Source: Burkholderiales bacterium (GTDB taxonomy: Bacteria; Pseudomonadota; Gammaproteobacteria; Burkholderiales; SG8-41). From it: a stretch of 46,041 bases of DNA. Under the pieces are notes generated by a model. That model saw only the letters and a program-made list of their open reading frames with translations. It searched no databases and was not told the origin of the DNA. Positions within the stretch are counted from its first letter, which is position 1; the number at the start of each line of letters is the position of its first letter. The translations under genes were made by a program, and so were the position numbers. Positions 35,401 through 45,023 of the stretch are shown here, piece by piece. The stretch is taken from NCBI GenBank assembly GCA_040081205.1, contig JBEBHE010000001.1:1-46041 (forward strand). Direction: 5' to 3'.

Positions 35401-36708
35401 TCACAATAGACTGAAAAGATTCAGCGACGTCACTTTAAGAAACGATTTCTGCGCCGCATCCAGTTGTGTCTGCTGCATGGTCAATTCGCTGATAGCCTTG
35501 GCATAATCAAGTTCCTGCAATTCCGACAGCCTGCCATCGTAATGCAGCGATAAATCGGCGCCGGCACTCTGCTCGGTGTCCACTTCCTTGAGCCGCGCGC
35601 CGATATCGGCCCGCACTTTGAGCACGTTTTCGAGCGCGTTATCCAGACCCAGCATCGATGCATTGAGCGAATTCTGATAGGCTGCCGCCGACCCCGCGTT
35701 GGCGGTTACGCCGCTTTGCAGCGCCGTAATCAAGTCGTGCATAGTCGAAAATACGTCGCGATTGACGCTGGCCTTGACGCTAAACGTGTCGCCATTTGCC
35801 GGCGCACCTTCAACCGTCACCATCGCACCGTAATCGAACGGGGTGGCATTGGTGTCCGGCGGCGCTTGCGTTTTGAGAGAGATCGTACTGCCCGCCGTGT
35901 ACGCGCGCAGATACGGCCCCGCGCCCGGCGCCGCGCCCGTCAGCAGCGAGATGTTATTGACGTTATCGACAATATCGTACGTCGTCTGCGGCGACGCCAC
36001 GCTGCCGCTAACGTGAAATTTAATAGTGAAGTCTTTCGGGTTTCCCGGCGCATTCCAGCTCGCGGGGTTAGTCACGGTTCCGGGACTGATGATGCCGCCA
36101 CCAGTGTTCAACGCGCCCGGCGCAGCGGCGAACACGCCGTTCCCGTTTTTGATAGCGAGGAACACCGCATTGCCGGAGTCATTGATCGGAATCGTGCGTG
36201 ACGGGCCGATCTGTATCATTCGCTGCCCATCGTCACCGGCATAAGCAACGTTGCCCGGACTGGCTTGCGCGAAGGGCTGCGTGGCGCCTTGATAGCCCGA
36301 GAACAAATACTGCCCGTTACCGTTGCCGTGATTGGCGACGGCGAGCAATTCGTCATAGCGGCTTTTTAATTCGACTGCAAGCGCCGCCCGATCGCTGTTG
36401 CCAAGCGATGCATTGCCTGCGTACACCGCCAATGTTCTGACGTCCTGCAGTACCGATGTGACCGTGGCAAGTGCACCTTCCTCCAGGGTGAGCTGCGATA
36501 TCGCATTGCCGCCATTTAACTGATACTGGCTGTTCAATGCTTGTGACTGCTTGAGATCCAGCGCGGTTGCCGACGCCACCGGATCATCGGATGGCACGAG
36601 AATGCGCTGGCCGGTTGCCAGTTGTTGCTGCAAGCGCAACATGTCCTGCTGACGCTGCTGCACGCTCTCAATTCCCATTCCATAAATCATCGCCGTGCTG
36701 ATACGCAT
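35401..36708 (-). CDS. flgL: Flagellar hook-filament junction protein 3
   Basis: ORF track, 435 aa. MRISTAMIYGMGIESVQQRQQDMLRLQQQLATGQRILVPSDDPVASA...; C-terminal flagellin-like ...QQTQLDAAQKSFLKVTSLNLFSLL. Confidence 0.94.
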   Translation of the reverse strand: MRISTAMIYGMGIESVQQRQQDMLRLQQQLATGQRILVPSDDPVASATALDLKQSQALNSQYQLNGGNAISQLTLEEGALATVTSVLQDVRTLAVYAGNASLGNSDRAALAVELKSRYDELLAVANHGNGNGQYLFSGYQGATQPFAQASPGNVAYAGDDGQRMIQIGPSRTIPINDSGNAVFLAIKNGNGVFAAAPGALNTGGGIISPGTVTNPASWNAPGNPKDFTIKFHVSGSVASPQTTYDIVDNVNNISLLTGAAPGAGPYLRAYTAGSTISLKTQAPPDTNATPFDYGAMVTVEGAPANGDTFSVKASVNRDVFSTMHDLITALQSGVTANAGSAAAYQNSLNASMLGLDNALENVLKVRADIGARLKEVDTEQSAGADLSLHYDGRLSELQELDYAKAISELTMQQTQLDAAQKSFLKVTSLNLFSLL

Positions 36709-36717
36709 AATAAATCC

Positions 36718-38619
36718 CTACCTTCCGAGTTCCAGCAAGGTTTGAAACAGACTGGAGGCGACCTGTATCATTTTTCCCGCCGCTTGATAGGCCTGTTGAT
36801 AGCGCAACAGGTTTGCCGCTTCTTCGTCGAGATTGACGCCGGACAACGACTGCTGCGTCTGCAAGGCCTGATCCACCACAGTTTTTTGCGCTAGCGACAT
36901 GATGTCGATCTGCCGCGTTTTGTTGCCCACTTCCGCAACCAATTGGCTATATGCGCCCTGATACCCCGTGGTGCCGCCGGCCAGCGTGTTTTGGGTTTGC
37001 AGACCACCCAGCAACAACGCATTGCGCCCATCCGCCACGCCGCCGCTGTTAGGCGCAATAGTGAAGACATCGCCTGTTGCGGCGCTGCCCTGCAATTGCA
37101 CCGTCCAGCCGTTATAGCTGATGTTCGCACCTGCCGTGTACGCCACGCCGGTGGGATTTCCGGTGCCGGTGCCCGATACGTCGAAGGTCGTTGCGCTGGT
37201 GAACGTGATCGTCACCAGTTGCTGCAGGTTCGCATTGGGCGGCGGCGGTGCATTAACGGTTCCGGCATTGATCGTGCCCGATCCGGCATTCGCGCCCGAC
37301 GCCGCCGTGCGAACAGGCGCCGCTGCGGCGATCCGCGCCGGGTCCTCGATACGCATGTCCATATTGCGTGCCGCGCTACGGAGCGGCTGAATTAAAAAGC
37401 TGTCACCAACGCCGGCAACACCCGATGCGAGCGACAAGGTCACACCATCCAGCGTCTGCGGCAGCGACGCATACGTCGTCGTGGCGGCGTCCGACAGCCG
37501 CGTCACCGTGTAGTTTGCACCGGTATACGTCAGGCGATAGTCGCTGGCGGTCAATGCGCTCGCGTCGCTGATCACTGCGGCGACAACAGCGGTGCCAACG
37601 TTGTTTGAGCGGCCGAATACTTCAGGCGCCGGCGCGGCAAAAAATGCGCCGCCGAGCGCGCCGCTCAAATCCTGGCCCAACTGATGCTGATCGTTGAACG
37701 TCATTGCCAATCCCGCCGCGACACGGCCGAGCGCATTTTGTGCCGCATCCAGATCATTGCCGCGAAAGGCCAGCAAACCGCCCAGGCTGCCGCCGCGCAA
37801 GCTCGCCTGATTTAGCGGTACGACTGCACCGGCGGAAACGTAGCCCACATCCAGTTGCGACGGATCGTTAAGCGAAGGCGCCACCGCCAGTTTCATGGAC
37901 TGCTGGCCGACGACCAGGCTCTGTCCGTTGCCTATGAATAAATTGATGGTACCGTCGTTTTGATCCACCGCAGTGGCGCCGACCAAACCGTTCAATTGGC
38001 TAACCAGTAAATCGCGCTGATCCAGTAGGTCGTTTGGCGGTTGCGTCGCGTTTTGCTGGACAGAGAGGATGCGGCCATTGATCGCGGCAATTTGTTGCGC
38101 GTACGAATTGATCTCCCCTACCGTGGTGGTCAATTGGGAATCGATGCCATCGCGTATATCGTCGAATCGCGCCGCCAGCGCGTTAAACCGCGAGGTCAAC
38201 GCCTCCCCCGCCGACAACATCAACTGCCGCGAGGGAATGCTCGACGGATCGGCCGCTACCGCTTGCGCCGCCGAAAAAAAGTCCTGTAGCGCGGGTGATA
38301 AACCCACGCTGCCATTGGCCACGATGTTGTCAATGCGGCTTAACTGCGCATGATATGTAGCGTAGTAACTGGCCTGCGACTGGGCGTCGACAAGCTGGCT
38401 TTCCACGAATCCACTATACGCGCGCAGCACGGTGTCAACCTGCGTGCCTTGTCCAAAAAATCCGCTGCCGGTCGCCAGGGGTATCGCCGTACTTTGATGA
38501 ATCGTCTGACGGTGATAACCGTCAGTACTGGCGTTGGCAATATTGTGGCCGGTCGTAACCAATCCTGCCTGCGCTGCGGCCAAACCGCTGACGCCTATGC
38601 TGAAAATGCCGTCGCTCAT
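36718..38619 (-). CDS. flgK: Flagellar hook-filament junction protein 1
   Basis: ORF track, 633 aa. MSDGIFSIGVSGLAAAQAGLVTTGHNIANASTDGYHRQ...; C-terminal ...GVNLDEEAANLLRYQQAYQAAGKMIQVASSLFQTLLELGR. Confidence 0.96.
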   Translation of the reverse strand: MSDGIFSIGVSGLAAAQAGLVTTGHNIANASTDGYHRQTIHQSTAIPLATGSGFFGQGTQVDTVLRAYSGFVESQLVDAQSQASYYATYHAQLSRIDNIVANGSVGLSPALQDFFSAAQAVAADPSSIPSRQLMLSAGEALTSRFNALAARFDDIRDGIDSQLTTTVGEINSYAQQIAAINGRILSVQQNATQPPNDLLDQRDLLVSQLNGLVGATAVDQNDGTINLFIGNGQSLVVGQQSMKLAVAPSLNDPSQLDVGYVSAGAVVPLNQASLRGGSLGGLLAFRGNDLDAAQNALGRVAAGLAMTFNDQHQLGQDLSGALGGAFFAAPAPEVFGRSNNVGTAVVAAVISDASALTASDYRLTYTGANYTVTRLSDAATTTYASLPQTLDGVTLSLASGVAGVGDSFLIQPLRSAARNMDMRIEDPARIAAAAPVRTAASGANAGSGTINAGTVNAPPPPNANLQQLVTITFTSATTFDVSGTGTGNPTGVAYTAGANISYNGWTVQLQGSAATGDVFTIAPNSGGVADGRNALLLGGLQTQNTLAGGTTGYQGAYSQLVAEVGNKTRQIDIMSLAQKTVVDQALQTQQSLSGVNLDEEAANLLRYQQAYQAAGKMIQVASSLFQTLLELGR

Positions 38620-38660
38620 GATGTAAGAATGGCCGTCAAATTAGTAATCCGTGCGTTCGG

Positions 38661-38688
38661 TTAACGTCAGCGTAGCGCCACAACTTGA
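38661..38688 (-). promoter_or_regulatory. Weak sigma-28-like promoter candidate for flgKL, overlapping the flgJ stop
   Basis: Minus strand reads TCAAGTTG (comp. 38681-38688), 12-nt spacer, GACGTTAA (comp. 38661-38668): 6/8 and 6/8 to consensus, with the same 12-nt spacer as the two stronger promoters. The -10 ends about 40 nt upstream of the flgK ATG. Confidence 0.35.
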
Positions 38689-40355
38689 GGGCGTTGGTCA
38701 ACCGCAAGCGCCTGTCGTATCGGCGGACTGTTGATCACGCTTACCAGCTTGTCGGCGTACGCCGGGTCGGTCGCGTAGCCCCCGCGCTGCAAGCCGCGTG
38801 CAAATCCCCTGGCATCCCCCTGCCCTACCGCAGCGGAATAGCGTGCGTTGTCACGCAATAAACTGGCGTAATCGCGAAAACTCTCGTCGTACGACGCATA
38901 AACCCGGAATTTCTCCACCACTTTAGTGGCAACACCATTCACATAAGCAGTAGCTGTCTTGTCAACCGTGGCGCCTTTCCAATCCGCGCCCGCTTTGATA
39001 CCGAACAGGTTATGGCTAGGCTGGCCGTCCGCCTTGCGTATCTCATAGCGTCCCCACCCGCTTTCGAGCGCCGCCTGACCCACAATAAACTGCGGCTGCA
39101 CCCCCAGTTCTTGCGCAGCATCCACCGCATGCGACCATACGCGTTTCACGAAATCGCCCGGCTGCTGAATCGCGGCAGTGCTAGAAACCGGTGCCGAAGC
39201 ACGACTGGCCTGCGGCTCCGTCGCGGCGCGCACCGATATTGGCGTTGGCGCTGGCCGCTCGCGCACGGCGACGGGCAACGCCGGCATTACGATATCGCTG
39301 CGTGTGGCGGGAAAATGAGCACCGCTATTGCTTGCGCCATAGGCGGCGCGGATCAATCCTCCGGCATAGGCATTATCCGGCGAAAATGCGGCAGCCACCG
39401 CCATCGCGCCCGGCGTTCCTCGTTGCGCCACCGCCACGCCGGTGGAAAGGTCGGGTAGCGCCTTGGGCACAGCCAACTCGCGCGCGTTGTTGATGACGCC
39501 GACCAGCTTTTCGGCGTACGCCGGATCGGTGGCATAACCGCCGCGTTGCAATCCCTGTGCAAAGCCCTTGGCATCACCCTGGCCGATCACACCGGCGTAA
39601 CGCGCGTTGTCCTTCAGCAAATTGGCATAGTCGCGAAAGGCGTCGCTATAGGATGCATAAACGCGAAATTTATCAACCGTCTTAACCGCCACACCATTCA
39701 CGTACTCGATGGTCGATTTCTCGACCGAGGGCCCTTTCCAGTTGCCGGCCGCCTTGATGCCAAACAGGTTATGGCTCGGCTGCCCCTCGGCGGTGCGTAT
39801 TTCATATTTGCCCCATCCGCTTTCAAGCGCCGCCTGCCCTACGATGAATTGCGGTTGCACGCCCAGCGCTTGTGCGGCATCCACGGCATGCGACCACACG
39901 CGGTTCACAAAATCTCCTGGTTGCTGACTCGCCGCCGAAGCTGGCGCGGGAGCAGGAGCCGGTACTGGCACAGCAGCGCGGTTCACCGGCGGGGTCGCGG
40001 CCAGTGCATCCGAGAATAACGCGCTTGATTTACTGCTGTCGGTGAAATTCGCGGACAACTGGCGCGTCATGACTTCCGCCAAACCAGTGCCGCGTTTGGC
40101 CATGTGCTGCGCCAGTTGCTGATCAAGCAACGAGGTGTAGAGCTTGGTCTGCTCGCTATCGAACGGACCGTCCTGCGGCGTGGCGGAGCGCATGCTCTTC
40201 AACATCATGCCCAGAAACAATGATTCAAACTGTTTTGAGGCAGCGGCAACCGATTCACCGGGATTGGTTTTAGCCTTAAGCCGGAGCGATTCGAGCCCCT
40301 GCGTATCGACTGCAAGCGTATTGGGCGTATTGAACGTGTTGGCGGCTGGCGTCAT
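38667..40355 (-). CDS. flgJ: Flagellar rod-assembly protein / peptidoglycan hydrolase FlgJ with two tandem glucosaminidase (GH73-type) domains
   Basis: ORF track, 562 aa. N-terminal rod-binding motif ASKQFESLFLGMMLKSMR, then two copies of QQPGDFV.RVWSHAVDAAQ.LGVQPQFIVGQAALESGWG.YEIR...QPSHNLFGIKA...FRVYASY...FRDYA.LL.DNARY...GLQRGGYATDPAYA.KLV.VIN. Confidence 0.95.
   Translation of the reverse strand: MTPAANTFNTPNTLAVDTQGLESLRLKAKTNPGESVAAASKQFESLFLGMMLKSMRSATPQDGPFDSEQTKLYTSLLDQQLAQHMAKRGTGLAEVMTRQLSANFTDSSKSSALFSDALAATPPVNRAAVPVPAPAPAPASAASQQPGDFVNRVWSHAVDAAQALGVQPQFIVGQAALESGWGKYEIRTAEGQPSHNLFGIKAAGNWKGPSVEKSTIEYVNGVAVKTVDKFRVYASYSDAFRDYANLLKDNARYAGVIGQGDAKGFAQGLQRGGYATDPAYAEKLVGVINNARELAVPKALPDLSTGVAVAQRGTPGAMAVAAAFSPDNAYAGGLIRAAYGASNSGAHFPATRSDIVMPALPVAVRERPAPTPISVRAATEPQASRASAPVSSTAAIQQPGDFVKRVWSHAVDAAQELGVQPQFIVGQAALESGWGRYEIRKADGQPSHNLFGIKAGADWKGATVDKTATAYVNGVATKVVEKFRVYASYDESFRDYASLLRDNARYSAAVGQGDARGFARGLQRGGYATDPAYADKLVSVINSPPIRQALAVDQRPQVVALR
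38730..39167 (-). repeat. flgJ muramidase-domain copy 2 (aa 397-542)
   Basis: Same as copy 1. The period between copies is 253 codons (759 nt). They are separated by a ~107-aa Ala/Pro/Gly-rich linker. Confidence 0.9.
39489..39926 (-). repeat. flgJ muramidase-domain copy 1 (aa 144-289)
   Basis: Hand alignment to copy 2 gives 115/147 identical residues (about 78%). The first 60 nt compared were about 83% identical. Catalytic-type ALESGWG is retained. Confidence 0.9.
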
Positions 40356-40357
40356 GA

Positions 40358-41488
40358 TTAGATGATTTCGAGTTCGGCGCGCAAGGCGCCGGATGCCTTC
40401 ATGGCTTGGAGTATCGAGAGCAAATCCTGCGGCGTCGCGCCAATGGAGTTGAGTGCTTTCACCACCTCGGCCAGGTTCACGCCCTTCACCATCGTCAAAC
40501 CGCCTTTGTCCTGGCGGATTTCGATTTTGTCTTTTTGCGCTTGTACCGTTTGCCCTTGCGAAAAAGGTCCCGGCTGACTGACCACCGGTTCGCTGGAAAT
40601 CGTGACTGACAGGTTGCCGTGCGCAACCGCGCAGGTCTCCACCGTCACCGCCTGATTCATCACCACGGAACCGGTGCGCGCATTCACAATCACCCTTGCC
40701 ACGCTGTCGCCGGGCCGCACCTCCATGTTTTCGATACGCGACAGGAAGTCCACCCGCCGGTCAGGTGCCGCAGGAACGGCGACCTGGATGGTGCGCGCGT
40801 CTATCGACGTGGCGGTACCGGCGCCGAACGATTCGTTGATGACATCAACCATGCGCCGCGCCGTAGTGAAATCCGTCGTATTCAGCCCCAGAAGAATATG
40901 CCCGTCGCGACCCAACACCGTAGGCACCTCACGCTCAACCGAAGCGCCGCCGCTGATGCGCCCGACCGACAAATGATTGACAGTGACGCTGGATCCGCCC
41001 GGCGTGGAAGCGCCCACGCCACCCACCAGCACATGGCCTTGTGCCATCGCATACACCTGGCCATCTGCGCCACGCATCGGCGACATCAGCAAGGTGCCGC
41101 CGCGCAGAGATTTGGCGTTACCCATTGACGACACCGTCACGTCAATCGCCTGCCCAGGTTTTGCGAACGGCGGCAGCACGGCAGTCAACATCACCGCAGC
41201 CACGTTCTTGAGTTGCAGGCTGACACCGGGCGGCAAATTCACGCCAAGCTGCCCCAGCATGCTGGTCAGACTCTGCACGGTAAACGGCGTCTGTGTGGTT
41301 TGATCGCCGCTGCCATCGAGGCCCACCACCAATCCGTATCCGAGCAACTGATTCGTGCGCACCCCCTGAACGGTGGCGAGATCCTTGATGCGCTCGGCAT
41401 GCAGCGGTGGTGCGAGCAGCGACATTGCTGTCGCAGCAGCGATTGCCGCCAAAAAAACAAAGTTTTTTAAGTATTTGTTTTTAAACAT
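40358..41488 (-). CDS. flgI: Flagellar P-ring protein
   Basis: ORF track, 376 aa. Signal peptide, then ERIKDLATVQGVRTNQLLGYGLVVGLDGSGDQTTQTPFTVQSL...; C-terminal ...GATPQDLLSILQAMKASGALRAELEII. Confidence 0.97.
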   Translation of the reverse strand: MFKNKYLKNFVFLAAIAAATAMSLLAPPLHAERIKDLATVQGVRTNQLLGYGLVVGLDGSGDQTTQTPFTVQSLTSMLGQLGVNLPPGVSLQLKNVAAVMLTAVLPPFAKPGQAIDVTVSSMGNAKSLRGGTLLMSPMRGADGQVYAMAQGHVLVGGVGASTPGGSSVTVNHLSVGRISGGASVEREVPTVLGRDGHILLGLNTTDFTTARRMVDVINESFGAGTATSIDARTIQVAVPAAPDRRVDFLSRIENMEVRPGDSVARVIVNARTGSVVMNQAVTVETCAVAHGNLSVTISSEPVVSQPGPFSQGQTVQAQKDKIEIRQDKGGLTMVKGVNLAEVVKALNSIGATPQDLLSILQAMKASGALRAELEII

Positions 41489-41500
41489 TATTTATGCTAG

Positions 41501-42166
41501 TTAAAATGGCAGTACGTTGAGAAAAAATTTGCTCAGCCATCCCATCGACTGCGTACTGTCGATCTGCCCGTTGCCGCGGTATTCAATTCGTGCATCCGCT
41601 ACCTGCACGGAATTCACACTGTTCGCTGACGTGATGTACGTCGGATTAACGATGCCCGAAAACCGGATGAATTCGGAGCCTTGGCTGATGCCGACCTGCT
41701 TCTCGCCGCTCACCAGCAAATTGCCGTTGGGCAGCACCTCGGTCACGGTGACCGTGATGGTGCCGGTAAACACATTATTGCTGGTACTTTGGCCATCGCC
41801 GCTGAATTTAAAATCAGAATTGGCACCGAGATTCGTTCCGAGGAAACTCTTGCCCGGCAATCCGGCCATAGCGGACACGGAGAAATTATTGTCGCTTGAC
41901 CGGTTGGTCGTGCTCGCGGATTTTTTGTCGGCATTGGTATTTTCGACAATGCTGATGGTCAGCGTGTCACCAACGCTGCGCGCTCGCCGGTCTTCGAACA
42001 ACGGGCGATAGGCGCTTCCCGTCTGGTAGATACTGCCATTCGTCGCTGCCGGCGGCGCAACGGACGCCGGACGCGCCGTCATCGGTTGATGCACGGATGT
42101 CGGCGGTGTAGTCGAGATGCACCCGGACAATAAAAGCAAAAAAATTATCGGCACAAAAATTTTCAT
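41501..42166 (-). CDS. flgH: Flagellar L-ring lipoprotein
   Basis: ORF track, 221 aa. Lipobox LLLLSGC; ...SLFEDRRARSVGDTLTISIVENTNA...FTGTITVTVTEVLPNGNLLVSGEKQ... Confidence 0.96.
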   Translation of the reverse strand: MKIFVPIIFLLLLSGCISTTPPTSVHQPMTARPASVAPPAATNGSIYQTGSAYRPLFEDRRARSVGDTLTISIVENTNADKKSASTTNRSSDNNFSVSAMAGLPGKSFLGTNLGANSDFKFSGDGQSTSNNVFTGTITVTVTEVLPNGNLLVSGEKQVGISQGSEFIRFSGIVNPTYITSANSVNSVQVADARIEYRGNGQIDSTQSMGWLSKFFLNVLPF

Positions 42167-42176
42167 GGCGGCTCCG

Positions 42177-42959
42177 TTACAGTTGCGTCAGCTTCTGCAA
42201 CATCTGATCCGATGTCGTGATCGCTTTGGAATTAATTTCGTAGGCACGCTGCGTCTGTATCATGTTGACCAACTCTTCGACCACATTGACATTGGAAGTC
42301 TCGACGTAATTTTGCGTGATCAGACCCAGTCCGTTGCTGCCCGGTGCATTGGTACTTGCAGTACCCGAGGCTGCCGTCTCCACGTAAAGGTTTTCGCCCA
42401 TGCTTTGCAGACCCGCTGGATTGACAAAACCGGTGAGTTGCAGCGCACCCACCTGCGTCGGCGTCGCCGAACCCGCGCGCGTCACCGACACCACGCCGTC
42501 GCGCGCGATGGTGACATTCAATGCGTTGGAAGGAATCGTGATCGCAGGCTGTACGTGAAAACCGCTGGACGTCACCAATTGACCTTGCGCGTCGAGATGA
42601 AACGAGCCGTCGCGTGTGAAAGCCGTGCCGCCATCCGGCAATTGGACCTGGAAAAACCCCCCGCCGTTGATCGCTACGTCGAGTGAGTTGCCGGTTTGTT
42701 GCAGATTACCCTGAGTAAAAATGCGCTCGGTTGCCACCGGCCGCACGCCGGTGCCGAGTTGCAGTCCCGACGGCAATTGCGTCTGCTGCGACGACTGCGC
42801 GCCGGGCTGGCGTATGGTTTGATACAGCAAATCTTCAAACACAGGACGCGCGCGCTTGAAACCGTTGGTGCTGACGTTCGCGAGGTTATTCGCGATCACA
42901 TCCATATTGGTCTGCTGCGCGTCCAGCCCGGTTTTTGAAATCCACAAGGAACGAATCAT
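42177..42959 (-). CDS. flgG: Flagellar distal rod protein
   Basis: ORF track, 260 aa. [36 protein letters not shown]...; C-terminal ...[32 protein letters not shown]. Confidence 0.97.
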   Translation of the reverse strand: MIRSLWISKTGLDAQQTNMDVIANNLANVSTNGFKRARPVFEDLLYQTIRQPGAQSSQQTQLPSGLQLGTGVRPVATERIFTQGNLQQTGNSLDVAINGGGFFQVQLPDGGTAFTRDGSFHLDAQGQLVTSSGFHVQPAITIPSNALNVTIARDGVVSVTRAGSATPTQVGALQLTGFVNPAGLQSMGENLYVETAASGTASTNAPGSNGLGLITQNYVETSNVNVVEELVNMIQTQRAYEINSKAITTSDQMLQKLTQL

Positions 42960-42985
42960 GTTATTTCCCGCTGGTGAGTAAAGGG

Positions 42986-43723
42986 TTAACCCTGCATCGA
43001 CAGTAACTGCGCGGCCTGACGCGCATTGGCTTCGGCGTTTTGCAGCGATTTCATCTGCATGTCGAACTGGCGGGCCAGTGCGATCATACTGACCATCGCA
43101 TCGACGACGTTGACGTTGCTCGTCTCCAGCGCGCCCGAAACAATACGCACAGCCGCATCGGCAGGCGCTTCGCCGCGCGCCCGAAACAATCCATCATCGC
43201 CGCGCGTCAGGTTTGCGTCAGGCGGATTAACCAGTTTGATGCGTCCGACCGACGAACTCGCGCCGGGCTTGTTGCCGGCCTGCACGGTGGAAACCGTTCC
43301 GTCGCCTGCAATCGTCACCAGCGTATTACCGGGGATCGAAATCGGGCCGCCATCGCCGATGACCGTATGGCCGTTTCGCGTCTGCAACACACCGTTCGCG
43401 TCCATCTGCAGACTGCCGGCACGGGTGTACGCTTCGCTGCCGTCCGGCGCCTGCACCGCGATCCAGCCCTTGCCCTGCACCGCGATATCGAGATCGCGGC
43501 CGGTATGCTGTATAGCGCCCGGCGTAAAATCGGCCCCCGGCGTCGAATCAACCACAAACGCACGCGTCGGCGCACCCTCGCCGACAATCGGCACCGCGCG
43601 AAATACAGAAGTCTCCGCACGAAAGCCATTGGTACTCACGTTCGCAAGATTGTGCGACACCACGGCCTGCTGACCGAGCGTTTGTTTGGCGCCGGTCATC
43701 GACTGATAAATCATGCGGTCCAT
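42986..43723 (-). CDS. flgF: Flagellar proximal rod protein
   Basis: ORF track, 245 aa. [37 protein letters not shown]...; ...[22 protein letters not shown]. Confidence 0.95.
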   Translation of the reverse strand: MDRMIYQSMTGAKQTLGQQAVVSHNLANVSTNGFRAETSVFRAVPIVGEGAPTRAFVVDSTPGADFTPGAIQHTGRDLDIAVQGKGWIAVQAPDGSEAYTRAGSLQMDANGVLQTRNGHTVIGDGGPISIPGNTLVTIAGDGTVSTVQAGNKPGASSSVGRIKLVNPPDANLTRGDDGLFRARGEAPADAAVRIVSGALETSNVNVVDAMVSMIALARQFDMQMKSLQNAEANARQAAQLLSMQG

Positions 43724-43771
43724 GAATAATGCCTCATGTCATGAATGGATGGCTCACTTCAACCGATGCCG

Positions 43772-45010
43772 TTACCGTAAATTCACCAGTGTCTGAAGCA
43801 TGGCATCCTGAGTCTTGATGGTTTGCGCATTGGCCTGATACACACGCTGTGCCGTGATCATCCGTACCAGTTCGGCGGTGAGGTCCACATTCGATTCTTC
43901 TACCGCCGCCGATTGCAACGGCCCGAAATTCCCGTTGCCGGGCGTCCCGGTTATCGCAAGGCCGGAATCTGCGCTTTCCTCCCAGCGGTTATTCCCGATC
44001 GGCTTGAGACCCTGCGGATTGGCAAACGTGGACAGCGCAATCTGTCCCAGATTCTTGGTCTGGCCGTTGGTGTAGTTACCGACAACGATGCCTTCGCTAC
44101 CCACATTAATGCCCGCGAGACGGCCCGATGTGAAGCCGTCCTGCGATAGCGAATTGATGCCAAAATCCGAACCGAATTGTGTGCTCCCGGTCAAATTCAG
44201 ATCAAACGTCAGCGGCGTCACCGCGCCGCCGGCCACTGCAAGCGACGTGACCACCGGCGTCGCGCTGGTCAGCGCGCCCGAACTGTTGAAAGTCAGGCTC
44301 ACCGGGTTGCCCGCGCCCGCGCCCAGATTAACGTTCGCAAGCGGTGTACCGTCAACGGACCCTCGCAAGTCCCACTGCCCATTCACAGCTGTCTTGACGA
44401 AATAAAGCGTAAACACATGCGGGTTGCCGAGCGTGTCGTAAACAGCACCCGACGTCGATTGACTGAAACTGGTCGGGTCAGCCGGACTAAATATGGCGGT
44501 TGTCGGCGGCGGCGTGCGTGAATCCAGATTAAGGTCGGCCAGGAATTTCGATGTCGGCGACGGCGCAAGCTGCGAGGCCGATACTTGTAACGGCACCGGC
44601 GTAGACAGCACAATGTTGCCGCTGACATCCGCCGCGTAGCCGGTCAGTTGCAAGCCATCGGTCGTCACGACATAACCATCGCTATCAAGGTGAAATTGTC
44701 CGTTGCGCGTATACGCAATCGAACCGCTATCGCTGACGCGGAAAAAGCCCTTGCCGTTGATCGCCACGTCCAGCGGATTATTGGTCGCCGTCAGGTTACC
44801 CTGGGTAAAACGCTGGCCCACGGCGGCGACCCGGCTGCCGAGACCAATCTGACTGCCGCCGCCACCGCTCAGGGATGCCGCATACACATCGGCGAATTCA
44901 GCGCGTGAGCTTTTGAAACCAACCGTCGAGGCATTGGCCACGTTGTTGCCGATTACGTCGAGATCTGCTGCGGCCACATTGAGGCCGCTCAATCCTGTTT
45001 GAAATGCCAT
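43772..45010 (-). CDS. flgE: Flagellar hook protein
   Basis: ORF track 43772..45226 trimmed to ATG 45010 (AGGAGA upstream): MAFQTGLSGLNVAAADLDVIGNNVANASTVGFK...; C-terminal ...ESNVDLTAELVRMITAQRVYQANAQTIKTQDAMLQTLVNLR. The extra 72 N-terminal codons in the track overlap flgD and look non-coding. Confidence 0.96.
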   Translation of the reverse strand: MAFQTGLSGLNVAAADLDVIGNNVANASTVGFKSSRAEFADVYAASLSGGGGSQIGLGSRVAAVGQRFTQGNLTATNNPLDVAINGKGFFRVSDSGSIAYTRNGQFHLDSDGYVVTTDGLQLTGYAADVSGNIVLSTPVPLQVSASQLAPSPTSKFLADLNLDSRTPPPTTAIFSPADPTSFSQSTSGAVYDTLGNPHVFTLYFVKTAVNGQWDLRGSVDGTPLANVNLGAGAGNPVSLTFNSSGALTSATPVVTSLAVAGGAVTPLTFDLNLTGSTQFGSDFGINSLSQDGFTSGRLAGINVGSEGIVVGNYTNGQTKNLGQIALSTFANPQGLKPIGNNRWEESADSGLAITGTPGNGNFGPLQSAAVEESNVDLTAELVRMITAQRVYQANAQTIKTQDAMLQTLVNLR

Positions 45011-45023
45011 AGCTGTCTCCTGG

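Noticed and set aside
42145-42152. Perfect GCCGATAA (minus strand), i.e. a sigma-28 -10 box
   Set aside because: It lies inside the first codons of flgH (encoding ...VPII...) and there is no TAAAG-like -35 at 11-12 nt. This is a coincidental coding match.
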